A DNA stretch of 64,000 bases, from the NCBI GenBank assembly GCA_949045875.1, contig CARPYP010000008.1:3747-67746 (forward strand). Reading direction: 5' to 3'. A program made the position numbers and the translations under genes. Below, piece after piece: positions 38,273 through 48,685 of the stretch. Source of the DNA: an uncultured Clostridia bacterium (GTDB lineage Bacteria > Bacillota > Clostridia > TANB77 > CAG-508). How positions within the stretch are numbered: position 1 is the stretch's first letter; each line of letters opens with the position of its first letter. A model generated the notes under the pieces. That model searched no databases. It worked only from the letters and a program-made list of their open reading frames with translations, and was not told the origin of the DNA.

Positions 38273-38704
38273 TTAAAATGGTAAATCATCACTAGGTGTA
38301 ACCTCAAAATCAGGATTTGGATTTGGGTTTGATGCAACATTTCCAAATGTATCTTCAAAGTTTGAAGAAGTACCTTCTGAATCTCTTTTTCCATCTGCAA
38401 AATATGCTTCTTCTGCAACAACTTCAGTAACATAGTATTTTTGTCCTTGTTCATCATCCCATGTTCTTGTTTGTATTCTTCCTATGATACCTACTTGTTG
38501 ACCTTTTTTGAAATATTTACTACAAAATTCTGCAAGTTTACTCCATACTACAATATTTATAAAATCTGCTTGTCTTTCTTCTCCTTGTCTTACAAATCTT
38601 CTATTTACTGCTAAGCTGAAGCTTGCTACCATTGTATTGTTTGTTTGTGTATACCTAACTTCTGGATCTCTTGTTAATCTTCCCATTAAAATTACTTTGT
38701 TCAT
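38273..38704 (-). CDS. ssb: single-stranded DNA-binding protein
   Basis: MNKVILMGRLTRDPEVRYTQTNNTMVASFSLAVNRRF, with the C-terminal acidic tip DDLPF. Confidence 0.95.
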   Translation of the reverse strand: MNKVILMGRLTRDPEVRYTQTNNTMVASFSLAVNRRFVRQGEERQADFINIVVWSKLAEFCSKYFKKGQQVGIIGRIQTRTWDDEQGQKYYVTEVVAEEAYFADGKRDSEGTSSNFEDTFGNVASNPNPNPDFEVTPSDDLPF

Positions 38705-38752
38705 ATTTAATTCCTTCTTTCTTTCTCAGTTTTGGCTCCCTAGCTTTTATTT

Positions 38753-39037
38753 TTAGTCTTCTAATTTTACAGTTATAAATTTTATAACTTCGTCTGTTAT
38801 TCTGTAGTTTCTTTCTAGTTCTGCTATTAATTCAGGTTTTGCTTCAAAGTTAAATACTACATAGTAACCTTCTGTGTTCTTTTTTACTTCATAGGCTAAT
38901 TTTTTTCTTCCTACTTCTTGAACATTATCAATTTTTCCATCAGTATTAATCAAGTCTGTAAATCTAGCTATAAGAGCTTTGATTCCTTCTTCTGTGACAT
39001 CTTGACCAATAATGATAACACTTTCGTATTTATTCAT
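38753..39037 (-). CDS. rpsF: 30S ribosomal protein S6
   Basis: MNKYESVIIIGQDVTEEGIKALIARFTDLI...GRKKLAYEVKKNTEGYYVVFNFEA. Confidence 0.95.
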   Translation of the reverse strand: MNKYESVIIIGQDVTEEGIKALIARFTDLINTDGKIDNVQEVGRKKLAYEVKKNTEGYYVVFNFEAKPELIAELERNYRITDEVIKFITVKLED

Positions 39038-39195
39038 TATTTTTCACCTCCTTTTGGATATATATCCCATAATCTTGTTATGAGAAAGGATGAAAAAAGT
39101 TTTATCTCTTTTCAAATATTGTTTATTCTAACATATCTTACATTTATTTTCAAGGGGTTTTAGAAAATATTTTCTTCTTTTGACTTTATTGATAT

Positions 39196-39855
39196 TCACA
39201 TTTTTAAATTTGATATTGTTTTTTTATAGTCTTCTGATTTTATGATATAACTTCCAGATACTAGAATGTTTGCTCCTGCTTCTTTTGCCATTTCTGCTGT
39301 TTCTATGTTTATTCCTCCATCTACTTCTATATCTATTTCTATATTATTTTTTTCTATGTATTCTTTTAATTTTTTTACTTTTTCTAAAGTTTCTGGAATA
39401 AGTTTTTGACCTCCTAAACCTGGTTCAACAGTCATAACTAATACCATATGAATATATGGTAAAAATTCATAGATTTCTTCTATTCTTGTACTTGGTTTTA
39501 TAGATATTCCGACTTTTGCATTGTTTTCTTTTATAAATTTTATGATTTCATATGTTTCTTCTTTGGATTTTACTGCTTCTATATGAAATGTTATTATATT
39601 TGGTTCTAAGTCTATATATTGCTCTATATAATCCTTTACATTGTATGTCATTAGATGTATATCTAATGGTATATTTGAAATTTGTTTTATTGTTGTTGCA
39701 TATTCTTTCATTATTTCATGAGTATTATTCGGTACAAATTTTCCGTCCATTACATCTATATGAAAATAATCTGTATGCGCTGTTTCTAAGTTATATAATG
39801 TTCTTGTAGCTTTTTCCTTCTCTACACTTAATATTGATGTTGATATTTCTACCAT
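39196..39855 (-). CDS. rpe: ribulose-phosphate 3-epimerase
   Basis: STSILSV..., HIDVMDGKFVPN, MTVEPGLGGQKLI, VDGGIN. 219 aa. Confidence 0.9.
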   Translation of the reverse strand: MVEISTSILSVEKEKATRTLYNLETAHTDYFHIDVMDGKFVPNNTHEIMKEYATTIKQISNIPLDIHLMTYNVKDYIEQYIDLEPNIITFHIEAVKSKEETYEIIKFIKENNAKVGISIKPSTRIEEIYEFLPYIHMVLVMTVEPGLGGQKLIPETLEKVKKLKEYIEKNNIEIDIEVDGGINIETAEMAKEAGANILVSGSYIIKSEDYKKTISNLKM

Positions 39856-40739
39856 TTTTTATGTTCCTCCTTGTATTTTAAATCTTTATATATTTTTACA
39901 TATCTATCATATCTATTTCTTGATATTTTCCCATTTTCTATTGCACTTTTTATTCCACAATTTTCTTCTTTCACATGAGAACATCCTTGATATTCGCATT
40001 GTGTTAAATAATCCCTAAATTCTATAAAGTATTTATCTAAATCGTTTGATTCTATTTCATTAATATCAAAGGTTGAAAATCCTGGCGTATCTACAAGATA
40101 GATATTTTTTTCTATCTCATAAAGACTTGTAATGGTTGTTGTATTTTTCCCTCTTCTATTTTTTGTGCTAATTTCTCCTGCTACTGCTTCATTTTTGTTT
40201 AATATTTTATTTATTATTGATGACTTTCCAACTCCCGAATTTCCTGAAAGTGCAATTATCTGGAGGTCTTCTTGATTTTTATCTAGTATTTCTTTTATGC
40301 CTTGTCCTGTTATTGCATTTGTAATTATTACCTTATACCCTATATTAGAATACTCATTTTTTATTTTTAATGCTGTATTTTCATCTAGGTCTATTTTATT
40401 TACAACGATTGTTGGTCTAATATTAAGATATTCAGTAAAAACTAATTGCTTGTCTAACATTAGCAAATCTGGTTTTGGTAGTTTTGTTGCTATAACACAT
40501 ATTAGACTTGTTAAATTTGCTACTTTGGGTCTTCTTGAAAAGTTTTTTCTTTCTATTATTTTTTCAATTATTGCCTTTTTATTTTGTTCATCTGTAATCT
40601 CTATTTCTACATTGTCTCCAACTGTTGGTGTTACTTCTTCTTGCTTGAATTTGCCTCTAGCTACTGCTTCATAAATAACTTCTTCTGATTTTATATAATA
40701 TTTATTTGTTATATTTTTTATTATTAATCCTTTTTGCAT
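39849..40739 (-). CDS. rsgA: ribosome small subunit-dependent GTPase A
   Basis: VVNKIDL (G4 first, circularly permuted), LSGNSGVGKSSIIN (G1), DTPGF (G3), and the C-terminal Zn knuckle CEYQGCSHVKEENC. Confidence 0.9.
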   Translation of the reverse strand: MQKGLIIKNITNKYYIKSEEVIYEAVARGKFKQEEVTPTVGDNVEIEITDEQNKKAIIEKIIERKNFSRRPKVANLTSLICVIATKLPKPDLLMLDKQLVFTEYLNIRPTIVVNKIDLDENTALKIKNEYSNIGYKVIITNAITGQGIKEILDKNQEDLQIIALSGNSGVGKSSIINKILNKNEAVAGEISTKNRRGKNTTTITSLYEIEKNIYLVDTPGFSTFDINEIESNDLDKYFIEFRDYLTQCEYQGCSHVKEENCGIKSAIENGKISRNRYDRYVKIYKDLKYKEEHKKW

Positions 40740-40799
40740 TTATTCTCCTATTCATTTTATTTCAATGGGCACAGGTAGTCCCGTGCCCTTATAATAGTA

Positions 40800-42785
40800 T
40801 TATTCTATTGTTAATGTTGTAGTTTGATTTAAATTGATTGTTGTGGTTTTCTTTATTACATCATCTACATATACTTTTACTGTTACTGTTCCTTTTCCTG
40901 TAACTGTTGCTGTTATGTCTGTTTTGTCTTGTGCAACTTTCTTTGAATAAATAGTATCTGTTCCTGCTACAATCTTGACCTCTGATACTTTTGCTGTTTT
41001 TATTGTTTCTCCTGTGTCTTCTTCTTCAGTTTCTACATATTCTATACTTGTTCCTAATAATGATTTCAAGTTTAAATTGATTGTTCCTGTTATAAATTCT
41101 TCTATTTTATTTATGGTAATTGTTATGTTTGAACCTTTTTCTACTGTATCACCTGCGTTAAGGCTTTGTTTTAATACTACTCCATTGTCTTTTGTTGTAT
41201 CTTCTGCATTTAGAGTTGTTGCTAAGGTTAGTCCTGCATCTGTTATTAATTTTCTTGCATCTGCTTCAGTTTTTCCAAGTACGTTTGGGACTAAACTCTT
41301 TTCTACTCCTGTACTTACTTTTATCGTTACTGTTGAGCCAGCTCCAATTTCTGCATTTTCTGGTACGTCTTGACTTATTACATATCCTGCTTCTATTTTT
41401 TTACTTGGTTCTTCTTCTACAACAACTACTAAGTCTTCTTTTTCAAGTAATTCTTTTGCTTCTTCTAGTGTTTTTCCTGTAACTTTAGGTACTTTTACTA
41501 TTTTTAAACCAAGACTTACTATTACATTAATTGTTGATTTTTCTTTTATTTTATAGTTTTCTTTATATATTGGATCTTGGGAAATTATTTTTCCCGCTTC
41601 TATTACTGCATCATATCTTTCTTCTTTTACTTCTATTTGAAGCTTAGATTCTTCTATTTTTGTTTTAGCATCTTCTAAAGTTAGACCTACTAAGTCTGGT
41701 ATTAATACATCTTTTGGTGTTGTCATATCAAATGCAAAACTCGTTATTGCTATAGTTAGGGCAAATAGTATGACTAAACCTATTATTGTGGAAATTATTT
41801 TATGTTTTCCAATGAATTCTGTAAATTTGTTCTTTTTCTCTTTTTCCATATCTTTCTCCTTCTCTTTTACTTTATCTTCTATTGGTTTTGAGTAAATAGT
41901 TGATATGGTTTGTGTTGGATAGTCTCTTATTGTGTTGTCTATATTTACAAAGTCTGCATCTGGATTTTTTAGTGCTATACTTAAATCTTTTAACATTTCA
42001 CCAGCGTTTTGATATCTTAGACTTGAATCTTTTTGCATAGATTTCATTATTATTTTATTTACAGCTTGTGGAATTGTCGGGTTTATTATTATTGGCTCTA
42101 TTGGTTGTTCTTGAAGATGTTTTAGTGCAACTGATACTGGTGTATCTGCATCAAATGGTAGTTTTCCTGTTAACATTTCATACATTACTACACCTAGAGA
42201 GTATAAGTCAGATTTTGCATCTGTTATACCTCCTTTTGCATGTTCTGGTGAAAAATAATGTACAGAACCCATTGTTGTTCCAAATGCTGTAATTGTAGAA
42301 TTTGAAACTGCTTTTGCTATTCCAAAGTCTGTTACTTTTGCCATTCCATCTTCTGTTATTATTATATTATGTGGCTTAATATCTCTATGTATTATATTAT
42401 TTTTGTGTGCTGTTTCTAAGGCTGATGCAATTTGTATTGCAACATTTACACACCATTTCCATGCAAGTGCTCCTTCTGAAACAATAATTTCTTTTAATGT
42501 TCTTCCTTTTATTAATTCCATTACTATATAATATAAGTTTCCTTCATGTCCAACATCATATACAGATACTATATTGGGATGTGTTAAACTTGCTACTGCT
42601 TGCGCTTCTGTATTAAATCTTTTAATAAATTCTTCGTCTGTAGTAAATTCATCTCTTAATACTTTTACTGCGACATATCTGTTTAATACATGGCATTTTG
42701 CTTTATATACTGTAGCCATGCCTCCATTTCCTATCTGTTCTATTATTTCATATCTATTCCCTAATAATCTACCTTCTAGCCCCAT
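40800..42785 (-). CDS. prkC: Ser/Thr protein kinase with PASTA repeats
   Basis: GNGGMATVYKA, HRDIKPHNII, DFGIAKA, a TM helix, then three PASTA-like repeats (IPDLVGLTLEDAK..., VPKVTGKTLEEAK..., VPNVLGKTEADAR...). Confidence 0.9.
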   Translation of the reverse strand: MGLEGRLLGNRYEIIEQIGNGGMATVYKAKCHVLNRYVAVKVLRDEFTTDEEFIKRFNTEAQAVASLTHPNIVSVYDVGHEGNLYYIVMELIKGRTLKEIIVSEGALAWKWCVNVAIQIASALETAHKNNIIHRDIKPHNIIITEDGMAKVTDFGIAKAVSNSTITAFGTTMGSVHYFSPEHAKGGITDAKSDLYSLGVVMYEMLTGKLPFDADTPVSVALKHLQEQPIEPIIINPTIPQAVNKIIMKSMQKDSSLRYQNAGEMLKDLSIALKNPDADFVNIDNTIRDYPTQTISTIYSKPIEDKVKEKEKDMEKEKKNKFTEFIGKHKIISTIIGLVILFALTIAITSFAFDMTTPKDVLIPDLVGLTLEDAKTKIEESKLQIEVKEERYDAVIEAGKIISQDPIYKENYKIKEKSTINVIVSLGLKIVKVPKVTGKTLEEAKELLEKEDLVVVVEEEPSKKIEAGYVISQDVPENAEIGAGSTVTIKVSTGVEKSLVPNVLGKTEADARKLITDAGLTLATTLNAEDTTKDNGVVLKQSLNAGDTVEKGSNITITINKIEEFITGTINLNLKSLLGTSIEYVETEEEDTGETIKTAKVSEVKIVAGTDTIYSKKVAQDKTDITATVTGKGTVTVKVYVDDVIKKTTTINLNQTTTLTIE

Positions 42786-42820
42786 CTTAAACCTCCTAAG
42801 ATTTTTTATCTATAATATAT

Positions 42821-43544
42821 TTACATTTTTACTATAACTGTTGTTATATTATCTAGTCCTCCAGCCTTATTTGCTTTTTCTATTAAGTCTTTTGCTATAT
42901 TATCAGATTCCTGTGTTATTATTTCTTGAATTTCTTTTGCTGGTACCATGTTTGTTAAACCGTCTGTATTCATTTCAATTATATCTCCATCTTGTATACT
43001 TCTTTCTATAATATCTGGTTCTACATATGGTGCACATCCTAATGCTTTCATTAACATGTTTTTTTTAGGATGATGTTCCGCTTCTTTTGGTGTTATTGTT
43101 CCTTCATTTACTAGTTCTTGCACATAACTATGGTCTTCTGTTAATTTTTGCATTACTCCTCGCCTAATTCTATATATCCTGCTATCTCCAATATGCCCTA
43201 TGTATAATTTATCTTTTATTATTAAGCAAATTTCCATTGTTGTTCCCATTCCTAATAGTTCTTCATCTTCTTGTGATTTTTCATAAACTACATTATTAGC
43301 ATATTCCATTGCTTTAGATATCATGTTAAAAATTTTTTCTTTTTCTTCATTAGTTTGTTCTATATTTTTTTCTATATATTCTTTTACGGTTTCTGTTGCT
43401 GTTTTGCTTGCAATTTCTCCACCATTATATCCGTCCCATTCCATCTGCAACTATGAATAGTTTTAAATCGTTTTTGCTTGCATAATAATAATCTTCATTT
43501 TTTTCTCTTATTCTCCCTACGCTTGTCCCTGCATATATCCTCAT
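42821..43544 (-). pseudogene. prpC: PP2C-family Ser/Thr phosphatase (Stp/PrpC), interrupted by a +1 frameshift near 43433
   Basis: ATG 43544 (overlaps the rlmN stop, ATGA) gives MRIYAGTSVGRIREKNEDYYYASKNDLKLFIVADGMGRI*. The next frame continues GYNGGEIASKTATE...MNTDGLTN... Removing the C in GGA ATG GGA c GGA TAT restores ADGMGGYNGGE. Confidence 0.8.
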
Positions 43545-44581
43545 ATGTTGCCTCCTTCTTTCCTTCTCAACTGCCCACAAGCAGCTTCTATATCGTCTCC
43601 AAGTTCTCTTCTTATTGTTGCTACTATTCCACGTTCATTTAAGTAATCTCTAAATTTTATAACGTTTTCGTTTGTGCTTGTATCAAATTGACCGTTTTCT
43701 ATTTTATTTATTGGAATTAAATTAACATGACATAATATTCCTTTTAATAGTTTTACTAAGGCTTTTGCGTCGTCTAAATTGTCATTGTTATCTTTTGCTA
43801 ATGCATATTCAAATGATATTCTTTTGTTTGTTTTTTCTATATAATATTTACATGCTTTCATTAATTCTTCTATATTATATTTATTATTTATTGGCATCAT
43901 TTTGCTTCTTTTCTCATTTGTTGTTGCATGTAAAGATATTGATAATGTACATTGTAAGTCCATGTCTGCAATTTCATATATTTTTGGAACTAGTCCACAT
44001 GTAGAAATACTTATGTGTCTTGCTCCTATGTTTAATCCTTTTGGATTGTTTATTGTTTTTATTGCTTTTATAACATTTTCAAAATTGTCAAGAGGTTCCC
44101 CTATTCCCATAAATACTACATTAGATATTTTAATGCCTGTATCTCTCTCCACTGCTAATATTTGTTCTGCGATTTCTCCTGATGTAAGGCTTCTTATAAA
44201 TGCTATTCCTGTTGAAGCACAAAATTTACATCCCATTTTGCAACCTACTTGTGATGATACACATATACTATACCCATGTTTATATTGCATAAGTACTGTT
44301 TCAATTGCGTTTCCGTCTAGGACATCAAATAAGTATTTTTTTGTTCCATCTGAGGATTCTTGCTTTTTTATAATTTTATATATGCCTAATGTATAATTCT
44401 CTGTTAGTTTTTCTCTTAATTCTAATGAAAGGTTTGTCATTTCATTAAAGTTTGTTACATTTTCTACATATATCCACTTAAATATTTGCTCTGCTCTATA
44501 GCTTTTTTCTCCTATTGAAATCATTTCTTCTTTTAATTTGTCTAAATTGTAATCTTTTATATTTTTCATATAATCCTTCAT
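43541..44581 (-). CDS. rlmN: 23S rRNA (adenine2503-C2)-methyltransferase
   Basis: YRAEQIFKWIY, CVSSQVGCKMGCKFCASTG (radical SAM), FMGIGEPLDN, and AACGQL near the C-terminus. ATG 44569 is an alternative start. Confidence 0.9.
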   Translation of the reverse strand: MKDYMKNIKDYNLDKLKEEMISIGEKSYRAEQIFKWIYVENVTNFNEMTNLSLELREKLTENYTLGIYKIIKKQESSDGTKKYLFDVLDGNAIETVLMQYKHGYSICVSSQVGCKMGCKFCASTGIAFIRSLTSGEIAEQILAVERDTGIKISNVVFMGIGEPLDNFENVIKAIKTINNPKGLNIGARHISISTCGLVPKIYEIADMDLQCTLSISLHATTNEKRSKMMPINNKYNIEELMKACKYYIEKTNKRISFEYALAKDNNDNLDDAKALVKLLKGILCHVNLIPINKIENGQFDTSTNENVIKFRDYLNERGIVATIRRELGDDIEAACGQLRRKEGGNI

Positions 44582-44648
44582 TCTATATTTTTATATCAAC
44601 GTTATACCATAAAAGAAAATTTTTTTCAATACATTTACAATATATTTA

Positions 44649-45779
44649 TTACTTAAATATATCTACAATATTATTCACCAAATAATCTATATCTTCTTTT
44701 GTGTTTTCTTTTCCTAGTGTTATTCTTAAGGCTCCTTCTGCTTCTTCATTATTTAACCCTATTGCCATTAGCACATGTGATGGGCTTGAGGCCCCTGTGT
44801 TACAGGCAGAACCTGCTGATGTACAAATTCCCTTTTCGTCTAATTTTAATAATAAGTCTGAACTGTCTTCTCCTAAAAATGATATATTTATATTTCCTGG
44901 TAGTCTATCTTTTCTCGCTCCATTTATTTTTATTTTTCCTATTTTGCTTTGCAATTTTTCTATACAATATTCTCTCAGTTCTATTAATTTTTTATTGTAT
45001 TCTTCTATATTTTCATATGCTAGTTCTATTGCTTTTCCCATTCCCACTATTCCTGCTACATTTTCAGTTCCTGCTCTTTTTCCATTTTCTTGATGTCCTC
45101 CATCTTGTATTTCTTTAAAGTTTACTCCTTCTCTTACATATAATGCTCCTACTCCTTTTGGTCCATAAAATTTGTGTGCAGACATTGATAATAAGTCTAT
45201 GTTCGTTTCTTTTACATCTATTTTTATGTTTCCTATCGCTTGCACTGCATCTGTATGAAATAGTATTTTGTGTTTTCTTGCAATCTTTCCTATTTCTCTT
45301 ATTGGCTGAATTGTTCCGATTTCATTGTTTGCTGTCATTATTGATATTAAAATTGTACTTTGTTTTATTGAATTTTCTAGTTCTTGTAAATTTATTTTTC
45401 CTTCTTTATCTACATTTAAATATGTTACTTCTACTCCTTCTTGTTCTAATGTTTTACAGGTATTTAAAATAGCATGATGTTCTATTTTAGTTGTAATTAT
45501 ATGTTTTTTGTCTTTTTCATTTGCATATGCTATCCCTTTTAAGGCTAAATTATCACTTTCGCTTCCACATCCTGTAAAATATATTTCCTTTGTTTTTGCA
45601 TTAATTGCTTTTGCTACCTTTTGTCTGGCTAAGTGTATTGCCATTTTGTTTTGTCTACCTATTGTATATGCTGATGATGGATTTCCATAGCTATATGAAA
45701 AATATGGTATCATTTCTCTTAAAACTTCTTCATCAACAGCTGTTGTTGCTGCATGGTCAAAATAATATATTCTATTCAT
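44649..45779 (-). CDS. nifS: cysteine desulfurase (NifS/IscS class V aminotransferase)
   Basis: YFDHAATT, SMSAHKFYGPKGVGALY (PLP-Lys), and SAGSACN (active-site Cys loop). Confidence 0.85.
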   Translation of the reverse strand: MNRIYYFDHAATTAVDEEVLREMIPYFSYSYGNPSSAYTIGRQNKMAIHLARQKVAKAINAKTKEIYFTGCGSESDNLALKGIAYANEKDKKHIITTKIEHHAILNTCKTLEQEGVEVTYLNVDKEGKINLQELENSIKQSTILISIMTANNEIGTIQPIREIGKIARKHKILFHTDAVQAIGNIKIDVKETNIDLLSMSAHKFYGPKGVGALYVREGVNFKEIQDGGHQENGKRAGTENVAGIVGMGKAIELAYENIEEYNKKLIELREYCIEKLQSKIGKIKINGARKDRLPGNINISFLGEDSSDLLLKLDEKGICTSAGSACNTGASSPSHVLMAIGLNNEEAEGALRITLGKENTKEDIDYLVNNIVDIFK

Positions 45780-45857
45780 AAATTATATTCTCCTTATTTA
45801 TATATTATATTGTTTGATATTGAATTTAAGAACAATTTAATTATATTATCCAAAAAA

Positions 45858-45883
45858 CGGACGCCCGAAGGGCGCCCCTATAT
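45858..45883 (+). repeat. Rep-A family copy (type 1); here it also works as a terminator-like hairpin after glmU
   Basis: CGGACGCCCGAAGGGCGCCCCTATAT. On the minus strand the hairpin is followed by GTTTTTTGG. Confidence 0.65.
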
Positions 45884-45898
45884 TTAATATAATTAATT

Positions 45899-47170
45899 TT
45901 ATTTATTCCATCCTTCTTTGTTTGTTTGTCTCTCTCTCGCTATTGCTAATGTATCATCTGGTACATCTTCTGTTATTGTAGATCCTGCTGCTACTAAGAC
46001 GTCATTTCCTACTTTTACTGGCGCAACAAAGTTTACATTTGAGCCTATAAAGGCATTATCTCCTATTACTGTTTTATTTTTGTTTTTGTGTATATCATAG
46101 TTACATGTAATTGTTCCACATCCAATATTAGTGTCTTTTCCAATTTCACAGTCCCCCATATAACTTAAGTGTGGTACTTTTGTTCCTTCTCCTATTATTG
46201 TCTTTTTTATTTCTACAAAACTTCCTACTTTTACATTATCTGCAATTTTACATTTTTCTCTTATATATGCATTTGGTCCGATTTCACAGTTTTTACCTAT
46301 TTTTACTCCTGATTTTATTGTAGTGTTAGGGTGTATTACTGTATCAATTCCTATTTCTACATCATCATAGATATATGTAGAGTTCATGTCTTCAATGGTA
46401 ACACCTTTTTCCATTAATTCTGTATTTATTCTAAGTTTTAAAATTTGTGTTACTAATTCTAATTGTACTCTATCATTTACACCTAGTATTTCTGTATTAT
46501 CTTCTATAATAACTGCACCTGTTTTTAAACCTTTTTCATTCATTATCTTTATAACATCTGTTAAATAATATTCTCCTTGTGCATTATTATTGTCTATTTT
46601 ATTTAGGGCTAAAGACAATTCTTCAATGTCAAAACAATACACTCCTGCACCTATTTCATTTATTAATTTTTCTTCTTCATTTGCATCTTTTTCTTCAACT
46701 ATAGATTTTACATTTCCTCCAATATCTCTAATTATTCTTCCATAACCTGTTGGATTTTCATAAATTGCAGTTAAAACTGTTGCATATTCTTTATCTTTTA
46801 TACTTTTCTTAATTAAATTTTTTAAGGTTGATGGTCTTATAATAGGAACATCTCCTGATAAAACTACCACTTTTCCTTTTTTGCCTTTTAATAGTGGAAG
46901 TGCTTGTTTTACTGTATCTCCTGTACCTAAAAGTTCTTCTTGGTACGCATATTTAACAGAATCCTCTAATACTTTTTTTACTTGCTCTCTTTTATGTCCT
47001 ACTACAGTTATAATATCATTTATTCCTGCTTCTTTTGCTATGTCTACAACTCTTTTTACCATTTCTTTTCCATATATTTTATGTACACATTTTGCTTTTT
47101 CTGTTTTCATTCTAGTTCCTTTTCCTGCTGCCATGATTATTCCTATTATTTCTTCCATAATTATAATCAT
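45899..47170 (-). CDS. glmU: bifunctional GlcNAc-1-P uridyltransferase / GlcN-1-P acetyltransferase
   Basis: IIMAAGKGTRMK, LSGDVPII, then left-handed beta-helix hexapeptide repeats in the C-terminal half. ATG 47158 is an alternative start. Confidence 0.85.
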   Translation of the reverse strand: MIIIMEEIIGIIMAAGKGTRMKTEKAKCVHKIYGKEMVKRVVDIAKEAGINDIITVVGHKREQVKKVLEDSVKYAYQEELLGTGDTVKQALPLLKGKKGKVVVLSGDVPIIRPSTLKNLIKKSIKDKEYATVLTAIYENPTGYGRIIRDIGGNVKSIVEEKDANEEEKLINEIGAGVYCFDIEELSLALNKIDNNNAQGEYYLTDVIKIMNEKGLKTGAVIIEDNTEILGVNDRVQLELVTQILKLRINTELMEKGVTIEDMNSTYIYDDVEIGIDTVIHPNTTIKSGVKIGKNCEIGPNAYIREKCKIADNVKVGSFVEIKKTIIGEGTKVPHLSYMGDCEIGKDTNIGCGTITCNYDIHKNKNKTVIGDNAFIGSNVNFVAPVKVGNDVLVAAGSTITEDVPDDTLAIARERQTNKEGWNK

Positions 47171-47221
47171 TCCTCCTTATTTACGATTTATAATATTACA
47201 TATATTATAAATTATCTTAAA

Positions 47222-48670
47222 TTATTCAATTTTTAATGAATTGCGTGCGTTTATCTCCCCTTGTAAATACCATATGGCATTTCTTACAATTTCAATTTCT
47301 ATTACTTTTCCTATTAAATCTTTGTTTCCTTCAAATATTACTACTTTATTTGTTTCTGTTCTTCCTGTTAGCATTTCATCATTGTTTTTACTTTTTCCTT
47401 CTACTAGAATTTTTTGTTTTGTTCCAACATATTTTTCACTATTATTTTCTGTTTGTTCTTCTACTAATGATTTTAATCTATTAAATCTTTTATGTTTTGT
47501 TTCTTCGGGTATTTGATTTTCCATCTTATCTCCTGGTGTTCCAACTCTTCTTGAATATATAAACATATATACTTGTTCATAGTTTATTTTTCTTACAACA
47601 TCTAATGTGTCTTCAAAATCTTCTTCTGTTTCTCCTGGGAATCCCACTATTATGTCTGTTGAAAATACTATTTCTGGGATTTCCTTTTTTATTTTTTGTG
47701 CTAATTCCAAATATTGCTCTTTTGTATATTTTCTATTCATTTCTTTTAAAACTTTCGTACTTCCTGATTGCAACGGGAGATGTATAATCTTACAAATTTT
47801 GCTACATTCTTTTATTGCTTTTATCACATCTTCTGTAAAATCCTTTGGATGTGGAGATACAAATCTTATTCTTTCTATTCCTTCTATTTTATTTACATCT
47901 TTTAATAAGTTTGCAAAATTATAGTTTTCTCCACCATTATATGAGTTTACGTTTTGTCCTAATAATGTAATTTCTTTATATCCTTTATTGGCAAGGCATT
48001 TAACCTCTTCTATAATATTTTCTGGCTTTCTACTTCTTTCTCTTCCTCTAACATATGGTACTATACAATAACTGCAAAAATTATTGCACCCATACATTAT
48101 TGTAACAGATGCTTTTAAGTTATCATTTCTTTTTACAGGAATGTTCTCATATACTTTTCCATCTATGTCTATAACATCCTCTATCCTTTTTTTCTCTTTT
48201 ATTGCATTGTATAAGTCTTCTGGAAATTTATGTAATGTGTGTGTTCCAAATATAATATCTGTATAAGGATAGCTTTTTCTTATTTTTTCTTGAATATGCT
48301 TTTCTTGCATCATACAACCGCCAATTGCGATTATTGTTCCTTTTTCTTCTTTTGCTTTTTTTAGTTCTCCTAGCTTTCCAAATAATCTATCTTCTGCATT
48401 TTCTCTAACACAGCATGTATTCATAACGGCTAAGTCTGCTTGTTTTGATTCTTCTATTTTTGTGTATCCCATTTTTTCTATCATTCCACATAGTTTCTCA
48501 GAATCGTTTTCGTTTAGTTGACATCCCATTGTAAGGATATTATATGTTAATTTTTTGCCTTCATTTAATTTTTTTACTTTATCTATGAATTCTTTTTGGT
48601 ATTCTATTTCTTCATTTATTTTCACTTTGAATTTCATTCCTCCTAATATACATGTTTTGTATTGTATCAT
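47222..48670 (-). CDS. miaB: tRNA (i6A37) methylthiotransferase
   Basis: YNILTMGCQLNENDSE (UPF0004), MYGCNNFCSYCIVPYVRGRERSR (radical SAM), and a C-terminal TRAM domain. The start codon is uncertain. Confidence 0.9.
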   Translation of the reverse strand: MIQYKTCILGGMKFKVKINEEIEYQKEFIDKVKKLNEGKKLTYNILTMGCQLNENDSEKLCGMIEKMGYTKIEESKQADLAVMNTCCVRENAEDRLFGKLGELKKAKEEKGTIIAIGGCMMQEKHIQEKIRKSYPYTDIIFGTHTLHKFPEDLYNAIKEKKRIEDVIDIDGKVYENIPVKRNDNLKASVTIMYGCNNFCSYCIVPYVRGRERSRKPENIIEEVKCLANKGYKEITLLGQNVNSYNGGENYNFANLLKDVNKIEGIERIRFVSPHPKDFTEDVIKAIKECSKICKIIHLPLQSGSTKVLKEMNRKYTKEQYLELAQKIKKEIPEIVFSTDIIVGFPGETEEDFEDTLDVVRKINYEQVYMFIYSRRVGTPGDKMENQIPEETKHKRFNRLKSLVEEQTENNSEKYVGTKQKILVEGKSKNNDEMLTGRTETNKVVIFEGNKDLIGKVIEIEIVRNAIWYLQGEINARNSLKIE

Positions 48671-48685
48671 AATTATTTTATTTTT

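Noticed and set aside
38266-38457. 63-aa track ORF overlapping ssb
   Set aside because: It lies entirely inside ssb in another frame with no independent support.
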